Below are positions 28,902 to 39,869 of a DNA stretch of 64,000 nucleotides, piece after piece (positions within the stretch are counted from its first letter, which is position 1; the number at the start of each line of letters is the position of its first letter). The DNA lies in assembly GCA_963836235.1 (NCBI GenBank), contig CAWIIP010000004.1:384001-448000 (forward strand), read 5' to 3'. Source of the stretch: an uncultured Pseudomonadota bacterium. Lineage in GTDB: Bacteria > Oederibacteriota > Muellerivitia > Muellerivitales > Muellerivitaceae. Both the position numbers and the translations under genes were made by a program. Below the pieces are notes generated by a model. It did not search any database. It was given only the letters and a program-made list of their open reading frames with translations, and was not told the DNA's origin.

Positions 28902-29816
28902 ATGACTTCCGAAAAATTCGTTTGCGGCGCGGTAGCGATCCTGGGCAAGCCTAACGTGGGCAAGTCCACTTTCATGAACAAGGTCCTTAATCAAAAGCTT
29001 GCTATCGTCTCCCCCCGGCCCCAGACCACCCGAGGTTCCATGGCCGGGATTTTTCAGGACGCCGATTCCCAAATCGTTTTTTACGATACTCCCGGAATTC
29101 ATCAGCCCCACAACAAGCTTTCCCAGTACATGCTGCGCGAAGTGGAGGATGTTCTGGAAGGGGCGGACGCGGCCCTGTTTCTCATCGACGCTAAGGAGGG
29201 CTTGGCCGACGAGGATTATTTGGTGGCCCAATGGCTGAAGAAATTCGAGAAGCCCGTCCTGTGCCTGCTCAATAAGATCGACCAAGTGCCCGAGGGCCGG
29301 GTGCAGGAACTCACGGGCAAGATCAAAGCGGATTTGGCGGGAGATTGGCTGCTTTTCCGCATGTCGGCTTTGTCCGGCAAGGGAGTGCCGGAAGTTATCC
29401 GCCAGCTTCAGACATTCCTGCCCCACCAGCCGGCTCTTTTTCCCGAGGAGGATTTAACCAATAAAACCCTTCGGGAACTGTCCGCCGAAATGATCCGGGA
29501 GCAGTGCTTCCTGCAATTGCGGCAGGAACTTCCCTATGGCGTGGCGGTGATGATCGAACAATTTGAAGAAAAGGCGCCGCCAGAGCCCGTTGTGATTAAA
29601 GCGACCATCTATGTTGAGAAGGACAGCCAAAAAGGCATCGTGGTCGGCACCGGTGGAAAACAGCTAAAGGCTTTAGGGACCGCGGCCCGACAGGAGATTG
29701 AAAAGTTGTTGGAGCAAAAGGTTTTCCTGGAGCTTTGGGTGAAGGTCCTCAAAAACTGGCGCAAAGATGAAGAGATCCTAAAAAAATTGGGCTACGCCGT
29801 TGGAAAGAAAAAATGA
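28902..29816 (+). CDS. era: GTPase Era
   Basis: [24 protein letters not shown] domain [16 protein letters not shown]. Confidence 0.97.
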   Translation: MTSEKFVCGAVAILGKPNVGKSTFMNKVLNQKLAIVSPRPQTTRGSMAGIFQDADSQIVFYDTPGIHQPHNKLSQYMLREVEDVLEGADAALFLIDAKEGLADEDYLVAQWLKKFEKPVLCLLNKIDQVPEGRVQELTGKIKADLAGDWLLFRMSALSGKGVPEVIRQLQTFLPHQPALFPEEDLTNKTLRELSAEMIREQCFLQLRQELPYGVAVMIEQFEEKAPPEPVVIKATIYVEKDSQKGIVVGTGGKQLKALGTAARQEIEKLLEQKVFLELWVKVLKNWRKDEEILKKLGYAVGKKK

Positions 29817-30859
29817 AAATAAAACACCCGAAAACAAAAATCGTTTGTACGATCGGCCCGGCTTCCCGTTCCGAGGAGAAGCTCTCCCAGCTCATGCGGG
29901 CGGGCATGGGCATGGCCCGGCTCAACTTTGCCCACGGCACGCTGGCCCAGCACGCTACGGATATTAAACGTATCCGTGACGTGGCGAAGCGGGAGCAAAC
30001 CCAATGCCCCATCCTGATTGATTTACCGGGCCCCAAGATTCGCGTGGGTAAGTTGAAACACGAACCCCTCCATTTGCGCAAAGGCCATGTGGTTTATTTG
30101 ACCAGCCGCAAAATCCTCCGGCTTTTCCATGAAAGCATCCCCGTGGACTATCCCCAGTTGGCCCAAAGCGTTCATAAAGGGTCCCTCATATACCTGAATG
30201 ACGGATTCATTTTATTGAAGGTCGAGGGAGTGAAGACGTCACTGATCAAATGCGAGGTAGTGGTCGGCGGAAGCCTCCTTTCCTACAAGGGGCTGAATAT
30301 TCCGGATGGGAAGCTATTCGTGGAACCAGTCACCGAGGAGGACTTTCGGTACGTGGATTTTGGTTTGGAGCACAAGGTGGATATCTTTGGGGTTTCTTTT
30401 ATGGAACGGGCCGAGGATATTTTGAAAGTGAAGGCTTATGCCAAAAAAAAGGGCCGCAAAATTCACACGGTTGCCAAGATCGAAAGGGCCGAAGCGGTGC
30501 AAAACCTGGATAAAATCCTGAAGGTGACCGACATGGTGATGGTGGCCCGGGGGGATTTGGGCGTGCAAATTCCCTTGGAAGAAGTACCCATCGTTCAAAA
30601 GCGCATCATCCAGAAGGCCCGGCACCGGGGGGTGCCGGTGATCACGGCCACTCAAATGCTGGAATCCATGGTGCATAACGTCCGTCCCACCCGGGCGGAA
30701 GTCAGTGACGTCGCTAACGCCATCTTGGACGGCACCACTGCCGTCATGCTTTCGGAAGAGACGGCCATCGGGGAATATCCGGTGGAGACGGTGGAAATGA
30801 TGGCGAAAATCGCGCGCGCGGTTGAGCATGAATTCTCGAAAAAAGAGGGTATCAAATGA
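29813..30859 (+). CDS. pyk: Pyruvate kinase, short form lacking the C-terminal domain
   Basis: [58 protein letters not shown]; only 348 aa. Confidence 0.92.
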   Translation: MKIKHPKTKIVCTIGPASRSEEKLSQLMRAGMGMARLNFAHGTLAQHATDIKRIRDVAKREQTQCPILIDLPGPKIRVGKLKHEPLHLRKGHVVYLTSRKILRLFHESIPVDYPQLAQSVHKGSLIYLNDGFILLKVEGVKTSLIKCEVVVGGSLLSYKGLNIPDGKLFVEPVTEEDFRYVDFGLEHKVDIFGVSFMERAEDILKVKAYAKKKGRKIHTVAKIERAEAVQNLDKILKVTDMVMVARGDLGVQIPLEEVPIVQKRIIQKARHRGVPVITATQMLESMVHNVRPTRAEVSDVANAILDGTTAVMLSEETAIGEYPVETVEMMAKIARAVEHEFSKKEGIK

Positions 30860-31203
30860 AAATAACGGTTTATCAGAAACCCACTTGTACCACCTGCCGG
30901 CAGGTTTATCAGGCGTTGAAGGACAGCGGCGTGGAAATGGAAGCGGTTAATTACTATATCGAACCCTTGTCCGAGGCCAAGTTGAAGGAACTGGTGAAAA
31001 AGATGGGCATCAAAGCTTCGGAATTATTTCGAAAGAAAGAAGAAATCTATAAAGAGTTGAAGCTGTCTGAGAAAGAAATATCGGACGAGGAAGCCGTTAA
31101 GCTGATGGTTCAACATCCGGATTTGATGCAGAGGCCCATCGTGGAAAAGGGAAACCGGGCCATCCTGGCCCGCCCCGCCGAGAGGTTGAAAGAAATCCTC
31201 TAA
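30856..31203 (+). CDS. ArsC/Spx family arsenate reductase-like protein
   Basis: [24 protein letters not shown]. Confidence 0.88.
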   Translation: MKITVYQKPTCTTCRQVYQALKDSGVEMEAVNYYIEPLSEAKLKELVKKMGIKASELFRKKEEIYKELKLSEKEISDEEAVKLMVQHPDLMQRPIVEKGNRAILARPAERLKEIL

Positions 31204-31215
31204 AAGGCAGGATTT

Positions 31216-32481
31216 TTAAACCTGGGAAACGTCGATATCCGCGCAAAGGATATGGCTTTTGCCTGTTTCGGGATTGGTCAGGGTCCCGGTGAAGGTGATG
31301 CATAAGTTGCCCGAAGCCAGGGATATATAGGGCTCAGTCAAATAGCGGTTAAGGTTGTTGTAAGTCATGCCGCAATAATATTCCTTCAAAGAATGATCCG
31401 TTCCCCGGGGCGCGGGCTGGAAGAGAAACTGCTTTCGGGCCGGTACCTTATTTAGATTGCAAATGCTTTCGCTGATTTGGACCCCATCCTGGTTCAAAAG
31501 GTAGAGGCATTCCAACTGGGGATGTTTGAAGAAGAAATTCCCCAAACTTTTCTCCTGGTCATCCCAGTCCACTTCGTTGAGTTCCTCGAAAATAGAGACG
31601 GCGATCGTCTGGCATCGGTTACGCCGGTCCTTGTCCCGGCTCATGCGCTCCGTCATGGTCCGCCGGTAACGGGAAGCCATGAAGACGATACGGGCCTTCA
31701 ATCCCAAGGTCGCCGAATCATTTTTTTGAGGTTTGGAAAAATAGTTTCCCTGGAGCATGTCGACCCCTAAATCCAGGGCTGCCAAGGCGTCCTCCTCGTT
31801 TTCAATGCCGTCGGCGACCACCAGGGCCCCCAGTTTTTGGGACAAGTTCACCACCGTCCGAATTCCCTCGCGTTTATAGGGGTCGTGGGCCATTCCCTGA
31901 ACCAGGACACTTTCCAACTTGACCACATCGGGATTCAAATGGAGGACTTGGTTTAACTTTTCGCGGCTGTTGTTGATGTCTTCCAAGGCAATTAAAAAAT
32001 CATTGGCTCTTTGGCTTTCAATGAATTTCTGGACCGCCACCTTGTCGGCCCCTTCGGACTGGGAAATCTCGATAACGATCGTGCTGGGATCCAGCTGATG
32101 TTCCTGAACTTTCCTCAACAGATAGCCCGAACCGACGGTGTCCGAGGTCAGGATGGAGGATTCAATGTTCAGGAAGAGAAGTAATCCTGGAATTTTGGAG
32201 CGTATTTGAGTATAGCCCTCCAGGCCCTTGTCCCGAAAAAGCCGGTCCAAGGCCAACCGGGGCTCCTTGTCCTCCAAATGTTTATAAAGATGCTGGGGTT
32301 CGATCAGCCTTTGATTTTCCGGGTCCACGCCACGGCCCAGTGCTTCCAAGCCAACAACACTTATTTTTTTTATTGAAACGATGGGCTGAAAAAAGGAAGC
32401 CACGCTTTTTTGTTCGATAAGATCCAAGGGCTGGATAGAAGGTGTTTCCACTGGTTTTTCAGGGGACGTTAGGTTTTCCAT
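31216..32481 (-). CDS. EAL-domain protein with YkuI-like C-terminal domain (degenerate active site)
   Basis: FQPIV, EALGRG, LFLN, VVKL, LQGNYFSKP; C-terminal DHS..EYY...LTEPYISLASG. Confidence 0.88.
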   Translation of the reverse strand: MENLTSPEKPVETPSIQPLDLIEQKSVASFFQPIVSIKKISVVGLEALGRGVDPENQRLIEPQHLYKHLEDKEPRLALDRLFRDKGLEGYTQIRSKIPGLLLFLNIESSILTSDTVGSGYLLRKVQEHQLDPSTIVIEISQSEGADKVAVQKFIESQRANDFLIALEDINNSREKLNQVLHLNPDVVKLESVLVQGMAHDPYKREGIRTVVNLSQKLGALVVADGIENEEDALAALDLGVDMLQGNYFSKPQKNDSATLGLKARIVFMASRYRRTMTERMSRDKDRRNRCQTIAVSIFEELNEVDWDDQEKSLGNFFFKHPQLECLYLLNQDGVQISESICNLNKVPARKQFLFQPAPRGTDHSLKEYYCGMTYNNLNRYLTEPYISLASGNLCITFTGTLTNPETGKSHILCADIDVSQV

Positions 32482-32514
32482 TGAGGCCTTTCCGCTTTTC
32501 TTTGCCTATGTGAT

Positions 32515-32530
32515 TGCAATGGGCGTGCCA
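32515..32530 (-). promoter_or_regulatory. Sigma54 (-24/-12) promoter of the EAL gene
   Basis: Minus-strand TGGCACGCCCATTGCA matches the TGGCAC-N5-TTGC consensus, about 35 nt upstream of the ATG. Confidence 0.8.
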
Positions 32531-32761
32531 GTTAAAGCCTGGAAACTCTTGGTTTGAGTAAAGTTAAACGGTACATCTTTGTCGGTTATGGAATTGTTCA
32601 TTCTTGAAAATTATGAAATTTGAGTTTGTTCTGGCGCGAAGGATGCCTTGTCCGGCGAGTTATACAAAAAAAGAGGGTTGCCGAGCGATTTTTGATAACT
32701 TTTCCTATGAAAATAATTCATTTAACGAAATTGTAGGCTTCCACAAAGGGGAAGGGAGATT

Positions 32762-33439
32762 TTAATAACGGTTTTTCCGGTCGAATTCGATCTCTCCATC
32801 CCTAAGGCCGATCTGTCGCCCGGCCCGGGCGGCGTAATCCGGCTCATGGGTTACCATGAGGACGGTTGTTTTTTGGTCCTTGTTAACCCGCTCAAACAAT
32901 GAAATCACTTTTTCCCCACTGACCGAATCCAGGTTGCCGGTAGGTTCGTCGGCCAAAAGGTATTTGGGGCGCATAATCAAGGCCCGGGCAATTGCCACCC
33001 TTTGGCGCTCGCCCCCGGAAATTTGCCCTGAAAGCTTTTTGCGGATGTGCCCGATCTCGAAGTCTTCCATCAGCTGGACGGCGTATTTTCTCAACTCCTC
33101 GTGACGGTTGGTTTTGCGGGCGGGGAAAAGGACGTTCTCCTCGCAATCCAGCTCGGGCAAAAGGTAATGGAATTGGAATACGAAACCCATGTTCAGGTTC
33201 CGGAAACGATGGAGGGCTTTAGAGGAAAGCCCCTGGGTATCCTGCCCATCCAAAAGAAGGTGGCCGGAAGACAGGGGGTCCAAGGTACTGAGGGAATAGA
33301 GCAGGGTGCTCTTGCCCGAACCAGATCGTCCGGTGATAGCCACAAATTCGCCGTCGGTTATTTCAAACGAAAGGTTTTTCAACACCACGGTTGGAGGTTG
33401 GCCGAACGACTTAATGATGTTTTTGGCGGTGAATCCCAT
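32762..33439 (-). CDS. ABC transporter ATP-binding protein (LolD/MacB type)
   Basis: GRSGSGKST, GFVFQFHYLL, ISGGERQR, LLADEPTGNLD, MVTH. Confidence 0.94.
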   Translation of the reverse strand: MGFTAKNIIKSFGQPPTVVLKNLSFEITDGEFVAITGRSGSGKSTLLYSLSTLDPLSSGHLLLDGQDTQGLSSKALHRFRNLNMGFVFQFHYLLPELDCEENVLFPARKTNRHEELRKYAVQLMEDFEIGHIRKKLSGQISGGERQRVAIARALIMRPKYLLADEPTGNLDSVSGEKVISLFERVNKDQKTTVLMVTHEPDYAARAGRQIGLRDGEIEFDRKNRY

Positions 33440-33440
33440 T

Positions 33441-34691
33441 TTATCCCCCCTCACTGCGAAGAATATCGATGGGTGCCATGCGGCTGGCGGCCCGCGCGGG
33501 AATGAAGCCAGCCAACAAACCGGAAAGGAAGGCCAGAAGGAAGCCGGTCACGTAAAAATAAGTATGCCAGGCGATCAACATGTGATTGATCCGGGTGATG
33601 CTGACCCCAGTGGAAAAAGTAATGGTTTGGACGTAAAGGCATACCAGGGTGCCCAGGCCCAGCCCAAGGATTCCGCCGATGAACCCCAGGATCAGCCCCT
33701 GGGAAAGAAACAATTGGACGATGTCCATCGGTTCAAAGCCCATCGACCGCAAAATGGCGATCTCGCCCCGCTTTTGCATCACCATCATGTTGAGGATGTT
33801 GTAAATCCCGAAAGCGGCGATCATCAGGACGACGAAGCTCAAAATATAGCGGATCATGTCCTGCATCTTGAAAACCTGGAAAAAGTTTGCGTTGGCTTCG
33901 TCCCAACTTTGGACGTTCTCCCGGCTGAGGGAGGCCCATTGGTCGGCCACTTTCTTGGCCAGGGTGATGTCCTTCAACTTCACGATGATTTGGGAGACTT
34001 GCCCCGGGGTCTGGTTGGCCTGTTGCACGTAATGAATGGGAGCGTAGGCGGTGACGTCATCGACCTGGGTCATTCCCGTAGCGAAAAAACCCGCCACTTT
34101 CGCCGGAATCACGTCCCCCCGGATGTCGACAATATTCAAGGTGTCGTTGACGTGAATTCCCAATTTTTGGGCAAGGGACTCCCCGATGATGATTTGAAAC
34201 CCGCCCTTGTCCAGATCCAGGAAATTGCCCACGGTCATGTCGTCCTGCACATCTGTAGCCAATATTTGTTTGGCCGCCTCGACCCCTATGAGGGTAATAG
34301 TGCGGGTCAACTTTCCCCGGTTGACCAAAACTTGGGCTGTGATTTGGGGCGCGTAGGCAAGAACGGTTTGATCCGCGTCCAGGCGGTCAAACCACCCCTG
34401 GGGATATTCGAGATGGGGCGGTTCGTCGTGGCTGACAGGCGGAACCACCCATTTCACGAGGGTGTCGGGGAAGAAATAAGGATCGAGGGAATGTTCCTCG
34501 ATCACCGGCTCCTCGGCCTTGATGCTGATATGGGCGGTGGTGTTGATGAGCCGTTGGATGAAATATTCCCGGAAACCCAGCATCATTCCGGAAAGGATGA
34601 GGAAGGCCGAGGTACCGAAGGTGATGCCTAACAAAGCAAGCACGGTCCGGCCCGGTTTCGACAACAATTGTTTGATGGCCAGGAAAAACAC
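33441..34691 (-). CDS. ABC transporter permease (LolC/E, MacB/FtsX family)
   Basis: One TM, large periplasmic domain, three TM; K.GEIAILRSMG and PARAASRMAPIDILR. Confidence 0.92.
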   Translation of the reverse strand: MFFLAIKQLLSKPGRTVLALLGITFGTSAFLILSGMMLGFREYFIQRLINTTAHISIKAEEPVIEEHSLDPYFFPDTLVKWVVPPVSHDEPPHLEYPQGWFDRLDADQTVLAYAPQITAQVLVNRGKLTRTITLIGVEAAKQILATDVQDDMTVGNFLDLDKGGFQIIIGESLAQKLGIHVNDTLNIVDIRGDVIPAKVAGFFATGMTQVDDVTAYAPIHYVQQANQTPGQVSQIIVKLKDITLAKKVADQWASLSRENVQSWDEANANFFQVFKMQDMIRYILSFVVLMIAAFGIYNILNMMVMQKRGEIAILRSMGFEPMDIVQLFLSQGLILGFIGGILGLGLGTLVCLYVQTITFSTGVSITRINHMLIAWHTYFYVTGFLLAFLSGLLAGFIPARAASRMAPIDILRSEGG

Positions 34692-34693
34692 GG

Positions 34694-35482
34694 CTATTTA
34701 CCCGGCAGGATAAGCGTATCCCCGGCTTGGATGCTCTTGTCCGCCACCTCGGCCCAAGTGCCGTCGGTGATCCCCAACTTCACCGGAATTCTCTTCGGGA
34801 TTCCGCTTCGCAGGACTGTCACGTAACCCTGGTCCACCGCGACGAAGGGGATCTGCAGAACATTGTCCTTAGCCGAGACTTGGATGGCCACATCGCAGGT
34901 CATGCCGACAAGAATTCCGGCGGGTAAACCCGGCGCCTCGATATTCACGTAGAACTCACCGTCTTTGGGATAAATAGCTGAAACGGCGCCGTCAAGCTTC
35001 TGCCCTCGAAGACTTTCGAAACTGAGGAAAGCTTTTTGCCCGTTTCGCACCGGGATGGCGCCCGATTGTTCCAGCGAAACCACGACATAAGGGTTTTTTA
35101 AATCGGTCAAGGTCAGGACGGACAATTGCGGAAAGATGGTTTCGCCTTCTTTGTAAGGGAGGGAGGTGACCACCCCGTCGAAAGGAGCCCGGATCAGGTG
35201 GTTGTCCATGAAGGAGACAAGAGGATCTTCTTTTTTAACTGTGGACCCCTCGTCGATATAAAGTTTTTTCAAAGTGTCCATGACCCCCAATTTCAAGTCA
35301 TAGGTGTGCCGGGCCGTGACCGTTCCAATTCCATACACCGATTCGACTACGGGGCCCAGCTTGGGATGGGCTTCGTTAGAAATAGATCGCAGTACGGTAA
35401 TGGCGAAACCGACCCCGCATAAAACCACTAAGGCCAGGATTGATAAGCCCCAATGTTTTTTAATCCAGTCGAGAGTTTTCAT
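34694..35482 (-). CDS. Periplasmic adaptor (membrane fusion) protein, short-hairpin type
   Basis: N-terminal TM anchor, IRAPFDGVV lipoyl half-motif, GMTCDV, VKLGITDG. Confidence 0.82.
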   Translation of the reverse strand: MKTLDWIKKHWGLSILALVVLCGVGFAITVLRSISNEAHPKLGPVVESVYGIGTVTARHTYDLKLGVMDTLKKLYIDEGSTVKKEDPLVSFMDNHLIRAPFDGVVTSLPYKEGETIFPQLSVLTLTDLKNPYVVVSLEQSGAIPVRNGQKAFLSFESLRGQKLDGAVSAIYPKDGEFYVNIEAPGLPAGILVGMTCDVAIQVSAKDNVLQIPFVAVDQGYVTVLRSGIPKRIPVKLGITDGTWAEVADKSIQAGDTLILPGK

Positions 35483-35603
35483 GTCTCTAAAATATTGAAT
35501 CCGCCGGAAACGCAAGATGACGCGGGTCATAAAAAGGAAGAATGTAGCCGTCACTTTTCATGAAGAGGCCACTATAATGGGCGAACTTTAAACGGAGGAT
35601 TTC

Positions 35604-36452
35604 GTGAACCCCTATTTTTTGATCGGTTTGACCCTGGCGGGCTTGGTGGTATGGACGTCCGGGTCCTATTTCTTTTGGCGGATCAGCAAGGGCAATAGGG
35701 CCCGGTTGGCTCCCAAGGATCTGCAGCCCGCCTACCGCCTGGCGGAACAGTGGCTTTCCGAATCCCAACGAAAATTGGAAGACCTCTACAAGAAGTCCGA
35801 ACAGCCGCTGGGGACCGCTCAAAATGAGCTTCTGGAATTGCGCTTGGAAGCGGGCCGACTTCCCCAGGGGGTCAAGGGCTTGAGGTCGGTCCGCGAATCC
35901 CTGGCGGGCGCTTATAACCCCGTGGACCACAAAAAAAACCTTTTGGAATTAACCCGGCTTTATTTGGATGGGGCTGATTTCCACGGTGGGGAGGGTTCCC
36001 TTATTTTCCTAAGGACGCCGTTGGGAGAAATGCCTTGCTTGGAGGCCGGAAAACAAGGAAATTCATTGGCGGACGACGATATGAAATTGGCTTTGAATCT
36101 TTTAAGCCGGGCCTTGAGCCAAAACCCGGCGACGGGTGGATTTCTTTACCTGGGAGACGATAGCCAATATCAGGCCTGCCTTCAAAAGTCCGAGTGGATG
36201 GAGGGGTTAAAGTCCCAGCGTCTGATGGTCATGGATTTCAGGGGTTTTACGGCCCTGCTTCTTTCTCTGCGATTGGCTAAAGACGCTGAAAAAGTATTGG
36301 GGGCTTTTGAACAAGGGGTGGAAGCCACTAAGATTTTATTGGGACAATCGGAAAAAATGAGCGCCGAATTGTCCCGATTGAGCGCCCATTCCCTAAAAGT
36401 TCGTTCTATTATCGAGGGTGGAATTCCCACTGAAATGGCCGAAAAGGAGTAA
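35604..36452 (+). CDS. Membrane-anchored coiled-coil protein, possibly a degenerate RmuC-like protein
   Basis: N-terminal TM, coiled coil, alpha/beta core and C-terminal helices arranged as in RmuC; nuclease residues not evident. Confidence 0.4.
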   Translation: MNPYFLIGLTLAGLVVWTSGSYFFWRISKGNRARLAPKDLQPAYRLAEQWLSESQRKLEDLYKKSEQPLGTAQNELLELRLEAGRLPQGVKGLRSVRESLAGAYNPVDHKKNLLELTRLYLDGADFHGGEGSLIFLRTPLGEMPCLEAGKQGNSLADDDMKLALNLLSRALSQNPATGGFLYLGDDSQYQACLQKSEWMEGLKSQRLMVMDFRGFTALLLSLRLAKDAEKVLGAFEQGVEATKILLGQSEKMSAELSRLSAHSLKVRSIIEGGIPTEMAEKE

Positions 36453-36455
36453 GCC

Positions 36456-36836
36456 TTGAGTTGGAAGGATTTGCTGACCAAGAATCTTTATGTGACAACC
36501 CCCCAAGACACGGACCTTTTTTTTCGTCCCCGTAAATATTCCAATGCCAAGGAAGAGGTTGTCAAAGCCACTTTGGAAGTCATCGGGAGCCTGTCCCGGT
36601 GGAAGGTGGTTGATCATCGGGAAAACCAGGGACGCATCCGGGCGACTTGCGCCGCTCGGTTTCTTCCTTTCGCAGACGATGTAGACATTTATATTGTGCA
36701 AGGTTTGGATGGCGTGACCAAGTTGGAAATCCTTTCCAGGGCCCAAGGTGGCAAGGGTGATTTTGGGAGGAATAAACGAAACATTCGGGAATTCCTTTCC
36801 GCTTTGGATAACAAACTTCCGCCGACTCCATCTTGA
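36456..36836 (+). CDS. DUF1499 family protein
   Basis: F.DDV.I...SR...GKGDFGRN.R.I pattern. Confidence 0.75.
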   Translation: MSWKDLLTKNLYVTTPQDTDLFFRPRKYSNAKEEVVKATLEVIGSLSRWKVVDHRENQGRIRATCAARFLPFADDVDIYIVQGLDGVTKLEILSRAQGGKGDFGRNKRNIREFLSALDNKLPPTPS

Positions 36837-36860
36837 CATCCGGCCTTTAACCCGTATAAT
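36833..36860 (+). promoter_or_regulatory. Consensus sigma70 promoter of the pyr operon
   Basis: TTGACA-16 nt-TATAAT. Confidence 0.85.
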
Positions 36861-36875
36861 TCCAACAGTTGTCCA

Positions 36876-36906
36876 CCTTTAACGGGGTCCAGAGAGACCC
36901 TCAAGG
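36876..36906 (+). ncRNA. PyrR-binding RNA element (pyr attenuator anti-antiterminator)
   Basis: CCTTTAA-CGG-GGTCCAGAGAGACC-CTC-AAGG matches the PyrR binding-loop pattern, directly upstream of pyrR. Confidence 0.85.
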
Positions 36907-36949
36907 AAAAGACGATGAAGCATGCTTGCGCTCAAACTGAAAATCCCAG

Positions 36950-36990
36950 ACCCTTTCCTCCCCATTTTGGAGTGAAAGGGTTTTTTGTTT
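36950..36990 (+). terminator. Attenuator terminator in the pyrR leader
   Basis: ccctttc-ctcc...ggag-tgaaaggg followed by tttttt. Confidence 0.8.
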
Positions 36991-37000
36991 TGGCGGCTTC

Positions 37001-37549
37001 ATGAGCCCCAAAATCAAAGCCCTCATCATGGAAGCCCGAGACATGGACCGGGCCCTCACCCGCATCGCCCACGAAATACTCGAACGAAACAAGGGCATCC
37101 AAGACCTAGTCCTCATCGGTATCAAGACCCGTGGAGATGTTTTAGCGGAGCGGTTGGCGTCCAAGATCAAGTCCATTGAAGGTACGGCGGTGCCTTTTGG
37201 GGCCATGGATATCACCTTTTACCGCGACGATGCCGGAATCCATAAACCCGAGAAGGCACCCTCTCCCACTGACCTTCCCTTTGACGTGAACAAGAAAAAG
37301 GTCATTCTAGTGGATGACGTCCTTTATACGGGCCGAAGCGCCAGGGCCGCCATCGACCAGATCATCGATTTCGGCCGTCCCACCTTCATCCAATATGCCG
37401 TCCTGGTAGACCGGGGCCATCGGGAGTTTCCCATTCACGCGGATTATGTCGGCAAGAACATACCTTCCGCCTCCAAGGAGCAGGTTCTGGTTCATGTGAA
37501 GGAAAATGACGGCAAAGATGAAGTGGTTATCGCGGAGAGTGAAGTATGA
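37001..37549 (+). CDS. pyrR: Bifunctional pyr operon regulator / uracil phosphoribosyltransferase
   Basis: [44 protein letters not shown]. Confidence 0.97.
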   Translation: MSPKIKALIMEARDMDRALTRIAHEILERNKGIQDLVLIGIKTRGDVLAERLASKIKSIEGTAVPFGAMDITFYRDDAGIHKPEKAPSPTDLPFDVNKKKVILVDDVLYTGRSARAAIDQIIDFGRPTFIQYAVLVDRGHREFPIHADYVGKNIPSASKEQVLVHVKENDGKDEVVIAESEV

Positions 37550-38484
37550 GCTGGAAATCCAAGGATCTCTTGACCATCGAGGAACTTTCGGCGGAGGAGA
37601 TCACCCATATCCTCGATACCGCCGCTTCTTTCAAAGAAGTTTCTACCCGGTCGGTGAAAAAGGTGCCCGCTTTGCGGGGCCGCACAGTGGTGCTTTTCTT
37701 CCACGAGCCCTCTACCCGGACCCGCATTTCCTTCGAGCTGGCGGCCAAAAGACTCAGCGCTGATATCCTGAACGTCCAAACTTCCTCCTCTTCGCTTGTC
37801 AAAGGGGAGACCCTGATCGACACCTTGAAGACCCTGGAATCCATGACTATCGACGCCTTGGTGGTTCGGCATAAGTCCTCCGGAGTGCCGCAGATGCTGG
37901 CCAATATCACCAAAGCCACGGTCATCAATGCTGGCGATGGTGCCCATGAGCATCCTACCCAGGGTCTGCTCGACCTCTTCACCATCCGGGAACACAAAGG
38001 AAAGGTAGAGGGATTGACCGTCACCATCGTGGGAGATATCACCCACAGCCGAGTGGCCCGGTCCAATATCCGGGGGCTTTTGAAGCTCGGCGCCAAGGTG
38101 CGGGTTTGCGCCCCGGCCACCCTGTTGCCGATGGGCATTGAGAAGATGGGAGTGGAAGTTTTTCACGACCTGGACAAGGCCCTCGACGGAACGGATGTGG
38201 TTTATGTACTCAGGCTCCAACTGGAAAGGCAAAAGAACAACCTCTTTCCGACCATCCGGGAATATAGCCTTCTTTTTGGGGTCAATAACGAGAGACTTAA
38301 GCGTGCCAAGAAGGACGCCATCGTGATGCACCCCGGCCCCATGAACCGGGGGGTGGAGATTTCGTCTGGGGTGGCCGATGGATCTCAATCGGTTATCGAC
38401 GATCAAGTCACCAACGGCGTGGCGGTTCGTATGGCGGTTCTCTACTTGCTCCAAGGCGAAAACAAGGAAGGGGTAAACCCATGA
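37546..38484 (+). CDS. pyrB: Aspartate carbamoyltransferase catalytic subunit
   Basis: [44 protein letters not shown]. Confidence 0.97.
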   Translation: MSWKSKDLLTIEELSAEEITHILDTAASFKEVSTRSVKKVPALRGRTVVLFFHEPSTRTRISFELAAKRLSADILNVQTSSSSLVKGETLIDTLKTLESMTIDALVVRHKSSGVPQMLANITKATVINAGDGAHEHPTQGLLDLFTIREHKGKVEGLTVTIVGDITHSRVARSNIRGLLKLGAKVRVCAPATLLPMGIEKMGVEVFHDLDKALDGTDVVYVLRLQLERQKNNLFPTIREYSLLFGVNNERLKRAKKDAIVMHPGPMNRGVEISSGVADGSQSVIDDQVTNGVAVRMAVLYLLQGENKEGVNP

Positions 38485-39857
38485 AGACAATCCTGATTCA
38501 GGGCGGCCACGTAGTGGACCCGGCCAACCAAATCGACGGCGATGCCGATGTCTTCATCAAGGATGGCAAAATCGAGAAAGTAGGCAAGGGCCTGAAGGTG
38601 AAGGCGGACCAAACCATCGACGCCAAGGGAAAGATCGTGACGCCGGGCTTAGTTGACATTCACGTGCATTTTCGTGAGCCGGGGTTTGAATATAAGGAAA
38701 CCATCGCGACCGGCTCCCATTCTGCCGTGGCCGGGGGGGTTACCTCGGTGGCCTGCATGCCCAACACCAACCCGCCCATTGACGACCAAGCTATTGTTCA
38801 CTTCATCAAGAGTAAGGCTGAAAAAGAAGGCTACTGCCACGTCTATCCCATCGGCTGCATCTCCAAGCGCCGGGAAGGGCAGGAAATGGCCGAGTTGGGC
38901 GAGCTGAAAAAGGCTGGGGCGGTAGCCCTCTCCGATGACGGAGCCCCCATCATGAACGCCGAACTGATGCGCCGGGTGATGGAATACGCCAAGATGCTGG
39001 ATCTGACGGTTATCGACCATTGCGAGGATTCGCATCTTTCCAATGAAGGGGTCATGCACGAGGGGGAAGCCTCCACGGCCATGGGCCTAAGAGGAATCCC
39101 GGCCGCTTCGGAAACTGTCATGGTGGCCCGCAACATCCTCCTGGCCGAAATGACGGGGGCCAAGTTCCACGCCGCCCACGTTTCCACCGCCGGGTCGGTG
39201 GAGCTCATCCGCCAGGCAAAGAAAAAAGGAATCAATGTAACCGCCGAAACCTGCCCCCACTATTGGACCCTGTCCGACAAGTCGATTAAAAACTACAACG
39301 CCAACTTCAAGATGAACCCGCCCTTGCGGGGCGAGGAAGATGTGGCGGCTATAAGGAAAGGCATCAAGGAAGGCGTCATCGACTGTATCTGCACCGACCA
39401 CGCGCCCCACGCCTCCACGGAAAAACAATGCGAGTTCGACCAGGCCGCCTTCGGCATCGTGGGGTTGGAAACCATGTTCCCCTTAACCTACAGCCACCTG
39501 GTGGAGCCGGGTGTCATCTCCCTATCCCGGGCGGTGGAAATGCTGACCACCGCGGCGTCCAAAATCATTGGAATTCCCAAAGGGACATTATCGGAAGGGG
39601 CCGACGCGGACGTCTCCATTTTTGATATTAAGAATGAGAAGAAAGTGGATGCGGCCAAGTTCAAGAGCAAGGGTAAGAATAGCCCCTTCAACGGTTGGAA
39701 CCTAAAGGGTTGGGCGGTGACGACAATCGTGAGTGGCGAGGTCAAATATCCTTCAAATCAAAATGAGGACTTGAAGACGATTGTGGAAAAGATAAATGAA
39801 ATGCCTAATGATGAAAATCAACATCAAAAAGGAAAGTCGCCCTATTTACCTTTTTGA
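38481..39857 (+). CDS. pyrC: Dihydroorotase
   Basis: [38 protein letters not shown]; extra AT-rich C-terminal tail. Confidence 0.96.
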   Translation: MKTILIQGGHVVDPANQIDGDADVFIKDGKIEKVGKGLKVKADQTIDAKGKIVTPGLVDIHVHFREPGFEYKETIATGSHSAVAGGVTSVACMPNTNPPIDDQAIVHFIKSKAEKEGYCHVYPIGCISKRREGQEMAELGELKKAGAVALSDDGAPIMNAELMRRVMEYAKMLDLTVIDHCEDSHLSNEGVMHEGEASTAMGLRGIPAASETVMVARNILLAEMTGAKFHAAHVSTAGSVELIRQAKKKGINVTAETCPHYWTLSDKSIKNYNANFKMNPPLRGEEDVAAIRKGIKEGVIDCICTDHAPHASTEKQCEFDQAAFGIVGLETMFPLTYSHLVEPGVISLSRAVEMLTTAASKIIGIPKGTLSEGADADVSIFDIKNEKKVDAAKFKSKGKNSPFNGWNLKGWAVTTIVSGEVKYPSNQNEDLKTIVEKINEMPNDENQHQKGKSPYLPF

Positions 39858-39869
39858 CAAAGGTTTAAA

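Noticed and set aside
32632-32646. Second sigma54-like motif TGGCGC-N5-ATGC on the + strand
   Set aside because: Weaker match that points into the 3' end of a convergent gene with no downstream ORF; likely chance.
33306-34631. 441-aa plus-strand ORF
   Set aside because: Antisense to the ABC permease; no independent coding evidence.
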